A DNA stretch of 64,000 nt from Candidatus Poribacteria bacterium (lineage in GTDB: Bacteria > Poribacteria > WGA-4E > PCPOR2b), in the NCBI GenBank assembly GCA_965198175.1, contig OZ240245.1:4480001-4544000 (forward strand), in the 5' to 3' direction. The translations under genes were made by a program, and so were the position numbers. The notes below the pieces were generated by a model. The model searched no databases and was not told the origin of the DNA. It worked only from the letters and a program-made list of their open reading frames with translations. Positions 57,934-64,000 of the stretch are shown one piece after another (position 1 is the stretch's first letter; each line of letters starts with the position of its first letter).

Positions 57934-59642
57934 GAACTATCTCCAAACCCGACAATTTTCAAACTCTCGGCAATAGCCTGGTCCTGCCGTCTTGCCTCTG
58001 CCATCTGATCCGCCAATCGTTCCGTCAAGCGGGTTATTTTCTCCTCAAACGGCTCGTCACCGTCCTCCTGAGCTTCGGCGCCGACGTAGCGTCCGGGCGT
58101 CAGTACATTTCCGTGCTCGTGTATCACTTCTAAAGTCGTGCTTTTGCAGAAACCTGGGATGTCGACATATTCACCCGCACCTTCATCGCCTCGCCAAGCG
58201 TGATAGGTATCGGCGATGCGGGTAATATCTGCATCCGTTAGTTCCCGGTGGACGCGATCAATCATCACACCGAGTTTGCGAGCGTCTATAAACAAGATTT
58301 CACCGCGACGGTCGCGGAACCGTAGATGATTTTGGGCAGGCACAAGACCTGCCCCTACATTTGGTTCGTTTCCTGTAGGGGCAACCCTTGTGGTTGCCCT
58401 ATTCACGGGGGCTACCCCCATGCCGGCTCCGTGACGGTTGCGGGCAATAAACCAGAGACACACAGGGATTTGCGTGGAATAGAACAGTTGCCCCGGCATC
58501 GAGACCATGCAATCGACCAAGTCGGCTTCGACGATGTTCTTTCGGATTTTGCCTTCACTGGAAGTGTTGGAACTCATTGAGCCGTTCGCCAATACGAACC
58601 CAGTGATGCCGCCGGGCGCGAGGTGATGGATGAAGTGTTGTACCCACGCAAAGTTGGCGTTTCCTGCTGGGGGCACTCCGTATACCCAACGTTTGTCCTC
58701 GCGCAATCGCTCGCCGCCCCAGTCGCTACTATTGAACGGCGGATTGGCGAGAATGTAATCAACTTTCAGGTCGGGGTGAAGTTCGCGGTGGAAACTATCT
58801 GCGTGCTCATCTCCGAGATTGGCGTCGATGCCGCGAATGGCGAGATTCATCTTCGCCAATTGCCAAGTGGTTGGGTTGGACTCCTGTCCGAAAATTGAGA
58901 TGTCGTCGCGCCCTCCACCGTGCGCTTCAACGAAGGCTTCGCTCTGGACAAACATGCCGCCCGAACCGCAACATGGATCGTACACCCGCCCCTTGTATGG
59001 CGCGAGCATCTCAACGAGCACCCGTACAACACAACGGGGGGTGTAGAACTGACCGCCCCTTTTGCCCTCGGCACTAGCGAACTGTGAGAGGAAGTATTCG
59101 TAGACTCGACCCAGTATATCCTTTGAGCGATTCTCCTCCTCCCCTAAACCGATTGTGCCGATTAGGTCAACTAATTCGCCGAGGCGACGTTTGTCGAGCA
59201 TTTGCCTAGCGTAGTTTTTAGGAAGCACGCCTTTGAGACTCGCGTTTTCCCCTTCAATGGCAATCATGGCTTTATCAATCAGCGTCCCGATTTCCGGACG
59301 CTTGGCGTTGGCTTGCAGATAAGACCATCGGGCTTCCTGAGGGACGTAGAAGATATTTTCTGCCAGATATTCATCTCGATCATCGGCGAGCTGGACACGG
59401 GCGGTTTGGTCTGGAACGTAGAGTTCGCTCTGAGGATTCGCAGATTCTGTGAGGAGCAAATTGTACCTTTCCTCAAAGGTGTCTGAAATATACTTGAGGA
59501 AGATCAGCCCCAACACCACATGCTTGTATTCGGCGGCGTCGAGGTTGTTACGGAGTTTATCCGCTGCCCGCCATAGGGTCGCTTCGAAGCCGAGCGTCGC
59601 GCCATTTTTGTTGGATTTTGTGTCTCGTTTCTTTTTTGCCAT
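57930..59642 (-). CDS. hsdM: Type I R-M methyltransferase subunit
   Basis: [28 protein letters not shown] (m6A motif), LTPGRYVG. Confidence 0.95.
   Translation of the reverse strand: MAKKKRDTKSNKNGATLGFEATLWRAADKLRNNLDAAEYKHVVLGLIFLKYISDTFEERYNLLLTESANPQSELYVPDQTARVQLADDRDEYLAENIFYVPQEARWSYLQANAKRPEIGTLIDKAMIAIEGENASLKGVLPKNYARQMLDKRRLGELVDLIGTIGLGEEENRSKDILGRVYEYFLSQFASAEGKRGGQFYTPRCVVRVLVEMLAPYKGRVYDPCCGSGGMFVQSEAFVEAHGGGRDDISIFGQESNPTTWQLAKMNLAIRGIDANLGDEHADSFHRELHPDLKVDYILANPPFNSSDWGGERLREDKRWVYGVPPAGNANFAWVQHFIHHLAPGGITGFVLANGSMSSNTSSEGKIRKNIVEADLVDCMVSMPGQLFYSTQIPVCLWFIARNRHGAGMGVAPVNRATTRVAPTGNEPNVGAGLVPAQNHLRFRDRRGEILFIDARKLGVMIDRVHRELTDADITRIADTYHAWRGDEGAGEYVDIPGFCKSTTLEVIHEHGNVLTPGRYVGAEAQEDGDEPFEEKITRLTERLADQMAEARRQDQAIAESLKIVGFGDSS
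58334..58399. repeat. Pair of GTAG-type REP palindromes inside hsdM
   Basis: 58334-58358 reverse complement is GTAGGGGCAGGTCTTGTGCCTGCCC; 58375-58399 is GTAGGGGCAACCCTTGTGGTTGCCC. Confidence 0.75.
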
Positions 59643-60210
59643 AATTTTTTATCAATTTCCACTTTGCCGCTTGGGATTTCCACTGCATTGGAAACGCACC
59701 GGTACAATGTTCATAATAACCCATCTTACGGAGATTTTCAAGCCCGTTTAGAAAAAAGCGAGTTGAGACACTGCTGAACGCCTCCCGGTCATATTTTTAG
59801 CGTCCCCGACGGATGTAAATTGACGTCGACTGGAGAATTTGATGGGAACGGCGTTCTTTTTTTGCACGTAGATGTTAGACGGATGACATGAATCTCGATA
59901 TGGTCAGCATTGGCACTCGGTGGCATCGCTAATCTCTTTTCACCCCCTTGTTGGTATAGAAAAGTCACGAAAGTGGCAACGCCTTGCAACATCCTTGGGT
60001 TATATTACAAGCGTTGAGGTCCTCGCGCATTTCGGGTTTCTCTCACGGTTACGCCGCTCAGGATTCAAGCGTATCGACGGACTGGAGAGGAACGAAGTTT
60101 TTCATTGGGGACTGACCTAGGTGAACTCAGTTGAAGCCACTTCTGAGTTTTACTTTATCTACGCGAAAATTTAGGTTACAATTAGTCAAACATAACTTAA
60201 GGGAGTATTT

Positions 60211-62638
60211 TTGATGCATAGCAAGCGACACTTTATTTCAACTTCTGTTTTCATCGTTCTTTTGAATTTAATTTTAGGCATCTTCATACCCGCCTTTTCC
60301 CAAGATGACTCTGGGCACTTTACACTTCAACTGCTCCACGCAGCAGACATGGAGGGCGACATTGAAGCACTCGAAAATGCGCCGCGGTTTTCATCGGTGT
60401 TCAATGCACTCAAAGCCGAGTTTAAAAATACTGTTATAATCGGAGCGGGCGACAGCTACATCCCCGGACTGTTTTTCGCAGCAGGAAACGATCGAAGCCT
60501 TCGCGATGTTTTGGGGCGTGAGGGGTCAGGACGCGCGGATATTTTGATACTCAACGCGATGGGCTTTATGGCGTCAGCACTCGGCAATCACGAATTTGAC
60601 GCGGACACTGGCACACTCGCAGGGTTGATCCGGAACGATGGTAGAGGCTACGTCGGCACTGCGTTCCCGTTTCTGAGCGCGAACTTGGATTTCAGCCACG
60701 ATAGCAACCTTGCCGATCTGGTTGTCGATGCCGGGCAGGAAGTAAGCACAATCCCGAACAGTATCAGCAAGAGCGCGGTTATCACGACACCTTCGGGCGA
60801 AAAGATTGGTGTCGTTGGCATAACCACACCGCGGCTCGGCAGTATATCCTCACCGGGAAATGTCGGGATTGTACCCGAAGATCCAGATAATATTGCGGCA
60901 TTGGCGGCAATCGTCCAAGAGTCCGTTGATGCGTTGACGGCAACCGGAGTAAACAAGGTCATTGTCACTAGTCACCTTCAGCAAATTCGCATTGATGAGA
61001 TGATGGCATCTAAGTTGCGCGATGTTGACATTATCATTGCTGGTGGCTCGAACACACTGTTGGCAGATGATACAGACCACCTGCGTGACGGTGATGTTGC
61101 CGGCGGGCCCTATCCGATTTTGACGAGTTCCGCAGCGAATGAACCGATTGCGATAGTCGGCACAGATGGTAATTACAGGTACGTCGGACGGTTAGTTGTC
61201 GGCTTTGACGAGGCGGGCATCCTGTTACCAGAATCAATCGACGCTGAAGTGAGCGGCGCCTTCGCTGCAGACGAACGCGGTGTTGTAGATACCGGCAACG
61301 TCACACCAGCGCCGCGTGTCGTTGAAATTACCGAAGCAATTCGGTACGTGGTTGTCGCAAAGGATGGTAACATTTTTGGGCATACGAGCGTTTATCTTAA
61401 TGGCAACCGGAATTCCGTTCGCACAGAATGGTGAAGTTGTCGGTGATATGAATCAATCCTTCCGCATCGTCACACTCAATTTCCTTGCGGATGGCGGTGA
61501 CGACTATCCTTATCCGAATTTCCCGAATACTGATCGCATAGACCTTCCCACAGCAATGACGGAGGAACAGTCGGGTGGACAAGCGACCTTCGCTGCACCC
61601 GGAACGGAGCAGGATGCACTTGCGGAATACCTTGCGGCGAACTTCTCGGAAACTCCGTTTGCGGCTGCCGATGTTGGTCCTGAGGGCGATGAACGTATTC
61701 AGAATCTTGCATTTCGTACCGACAGTTTGATTGTACCGCCTTCAACCGCGACCACATTCGATACGCAACTCAGCGCGGGTTTGAATATGATTAGTTTACC
61801 CCTGATGCCCGACAAACCTTATACGGCGCGTTCCTTCATGGAAAAACTCGATGCGACAATCGTAATTGAGTATAATCCCTCGGTTGGCAGGTTCATCGGA
61901 TTCACGGCAAATTCCTCCGGCGGCGGTTTCCCGATTGAGGGGGGAAAGGGCTACATTGTCAGCGTCACTGAATCGAAGATTGTCAGCTTCACCGGTCGCG
62001 CGTGGGAAAACACGCCGGCGATGGTCGCAGCCGCTCCGACACCGGCTCAGGTTTCCCACGTGTGGGCGTTTGTTCTTCACGCCCGGTTTGAGGGAGTCGA
62101 AGATTTGACGCTTACTGTTCATAACGAACCCACCGGAATCATCCGATCTGTTGATGTGAACGAATCGCACGCTGTCTGGGCAGACATGAGCCGCCGGGCT
62201 GTTACTTCCGTCGGCGATAGGCTGGCAATCGAGGTTCGTGATACAACTGGCGAACTAATTCGCACATTACATCACGAAATTGACGTGACGGACACTCGGC
62301 GGGCGTTCGCAGAGTTGCGACTGACGCCAGACGACCTGAAGCCGAGGCGGACCGCGCTGCTCGCCAATTATCCGAACCCATTCAATCCGGAGACATGGAT
62401 GCCGTATCTGTTGGCGAATGATACCGACGTTGCAATTCACATCTACACCCCAACGGGACATCTCGTTCGGAATCTTGACCTTGGATTCAAGAGCGCGGGA
62501 TTTTACATTGGACGGACACGCGCCGCCTACTGGGATGGTCGCAATGACTTTGGCGAGCGGTTGGCTTCAGGCATTTATTTCTACCAGTTAATCACCCCCG
62601 AATCGACAGCGATTCGGAGGATGGTTATCGTGAAGTAG
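60211..62638 (+). pseudogene. Secreted 5'-nucleotidase/metallophosphoesterase with FlgD-Ig/T9SS-like C-terminal domain, split by an internal deletion and frameshift at ~61425
   Basis: ORF1: signal peptide, LLHAADME, GDSY, GNHEFD, SHLQ, GGSNT, ends at VRTE-W*. ORF2 resumes QNGEVVGD...RIVTLNFLADGGD.YP...EQDALAEYL...NYPNPFNPETW. Confidence 0.75.
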
Positions 62639-62660
62639 CACCGTTAGGAGAAGAAGATTA

Positions 62661-63314
62661 ATGAGCATCGTGACGTCCGAGTTCGAGGGAGCGATGTATC
62701 CACCGGGGACGAAAGTGTCATTTGCGACCAAGACGCGCACACTGCAAGGCACCGTACAAAAATTGCTGCCCCGGCATGCACGGGTAGCAACGCAGCACGG
62801 AACACTGTGGAACGTCCCATACAGCGTCTTGACGGTGAGAGAGCCTACGCGAGAACCTGCGATGACGCTCAACGAAGTTGAAACGTTGGGCAAGCGCTTC
62901 ATTCAAGAACACGAAGCCACAAGCGGTCTCAAAACAGGATGGCAGTTTGCATTCGATCTCGCGCCTGTGCGCGGCGGTATATGCAGGTACACGGCGAAGC
63001 AGATAACGCTCTCGGTCACATACTGCTTGAAAGCGTCCCGGGAAGACATCGTTGATACGATTCTGCACGAAATCGCACATGCGATAGTCGGGCCGAATCA
63101 CGGACATGATGAAGTATGGAAGGCAGCAGCGCGACGGATTGGATGCTCAGCCAAACGGTGTCACCAAGTCGACCATACGCCCCCGCGCTGGCGCGGGCAG
63201 TGCGAATGCGGTCAAAAATGGAAACGACAACGCCTGAGTCAACGCGCAAGAACAGGGCAGTGTCCGAATTGTAATAAGAGGATTGAGTGGACAAGGGAAG
63301 GAGTGAGATCATGA
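62661..63314 (+). CDS. SprT-like zinc metalloprotease with a small N-terminal beta domain
   Basis: R.G.C.Y...I.LS, DTILHEIAHA, GHD.VWK, CEC and CPNC zinc ribbon. Confidence 0.85.
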   Translation: MSIVTSEFEGAMYPPGTKVSFATKTRTLQGTVQKLLPRHARVATQHGTLWNVPYSVLTVREPTREPAMTLNEVETLGKRFIQEHEATSGLKTGWQFAFDLAPVRGGICRYTAKQITLSVTYCLKASREDIVDTILHEIAHAIVGPNHGHDEVWKAAARRIGCSAKRCHQVDHTPPRWRGQCECGQKWKRQRLSQRARTGQCPNCNKRIEWTREGVRS

Positions 63315-63350
63315 AAAGCAGACACGCCCACGCCGGTCTCGGAAAAGGTG

Positions 63351-63790
63351 TTATTGCTCGGCATTCCGGAGGTGCGAATTCAGTGCGACACATTTGGGCT
63401 TGGGCGTGCCTTTGTCAGCGGGCAACCGATTGCGGATGCCGAGCAGATACTATCGTTTGGCAAGACGATCGACCAGCGGATAATTCGCTAGGTCTTTTTC
63501 AATTTCGTCGAACAGGGTTTGAAGATGGACTTCGGTGAATTCGCCGAAAGTTGTGAACTGACCAATTTGGCTTGGTGCAACCTCCATCTCGTCTTTCAGG
63601 TTGTAGGTCGCACTGAGGTCATAAGCCATCGCGACATTATTCCGTATCCCCAACGGCTTGAGAAAATCGCGCAGCCGTTTATAGTGTTCGACTCCCTCCG
63701 CATTGACTATCGTTTGATTCACCGACAAGCTCATGCGCAATTCTCTCTGGTGTTGCGCAAGGGCTTTGAGTGGTGGCTTCAAGTACCTCA
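63351..63790 (-). pseudogene. Disrupted gene fragment, possibly radical SAM/SPASM C-terminal part
   Basis: LSVNQTIV...DRLAKR* continues in frame past the TAG as YLLGIRNRL...PKPKCVALNSHLR; no CxxxCxxC present. Confidence 0.4.
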
Positions 63791-63834
63791 GTCCGCAGCA
63801 GCACAACAATCTGAGAGACATCCTGTACCTTGGG

Positions 63835-63999
63835 TTAATGAAACGCTAAACCCGGAATATGTCTGACGACCACATCAGTCCCTTGATACACCGGACTCAG
63901 CAGTTCGTAGGCTTATCCGGGTGCGTAAATCACAGTCTGATGAAGCTTGCGCAAATCTTCGACAATGGCGTGGACACGTGTGGCGTAACCACGACCCTC
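63835..63999 (-). pseudogene. N-terminal remnant of an MJ1255/VC2487-like glycosyltransferase
   Basis: EGRGYATRVHAIVEDLR...IYAPG*AYELL...VRHIPGLAFH* (GEG.GHATR-like motif) with internal TAA 63913-15. Confidence 0.55.
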
Positions 64000-64000
64000 C

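Noticed and set aside
59974..59987. TGGCAACGCCTTGC as a sigma54 promoter
   Set aside because: GG-GC spacing is 9, not the required 10.
61316..61434. Programmed frameshift joining the two nucleotidase ORFs
   Set aside because: No slippery sequence, and a large part of the domain is missing; deletion explains it better.

Overview
Bacterial genomic window with no rRNA, tRNA, CRISPR array or intact transposase that I can see. The NYPNPFNPETW-type C-terminal domains, sigma-factor fusions and WD40/cohesin/dockerin proteins suggest Candidatus Poribacteria or a similar lineage (inference). Left to right: (1) housekeeping/transport genes (manA, bioD, MFS, family-4 UDG, two LivJ-type binding proteins, methyltransferase, BatA/vWA). 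(2) An array of membrane-anchored ECF sigma factor fusions (10.1-21.8 kb) that share an AAC-N18-GTCTA promoter and an internal in-frame Shine-Dalgarno+ATG right after the sigma domain; an unrelated fourth ECF fusion at 46.5 kb has a similar internal site. (3) A minus-strand peptidase/nucleoside/aminotransferase block with small pseudogenes. (4) A co-oriented 28-45 kb locus: sigma54 promoter, WD40-cohesin protein, kinase-less sensor-propeller/Ig protein, PorV-like/transglutaminase fusion, FecR-like/inactive-transglutaminase protein, CHASE2 kinase, an enhancer-binding protein with a non-canonical GAFTGA loop, tandem enhancer-like sites, a second sigma54 promoter and an alternative sigma70. This is the best candidate for an undescribed trans-envelope sigma54-to-sigma70 cascade. 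(5) A type I R-M locus with five inserted accessory genes and REP palindromes translated in frame inside hsdM. (6) A deletion-broken 5'-nucleotidase, a SprT-like protease and decayed genes at the right end. All family calls are by motif recognition; no database searches were run.
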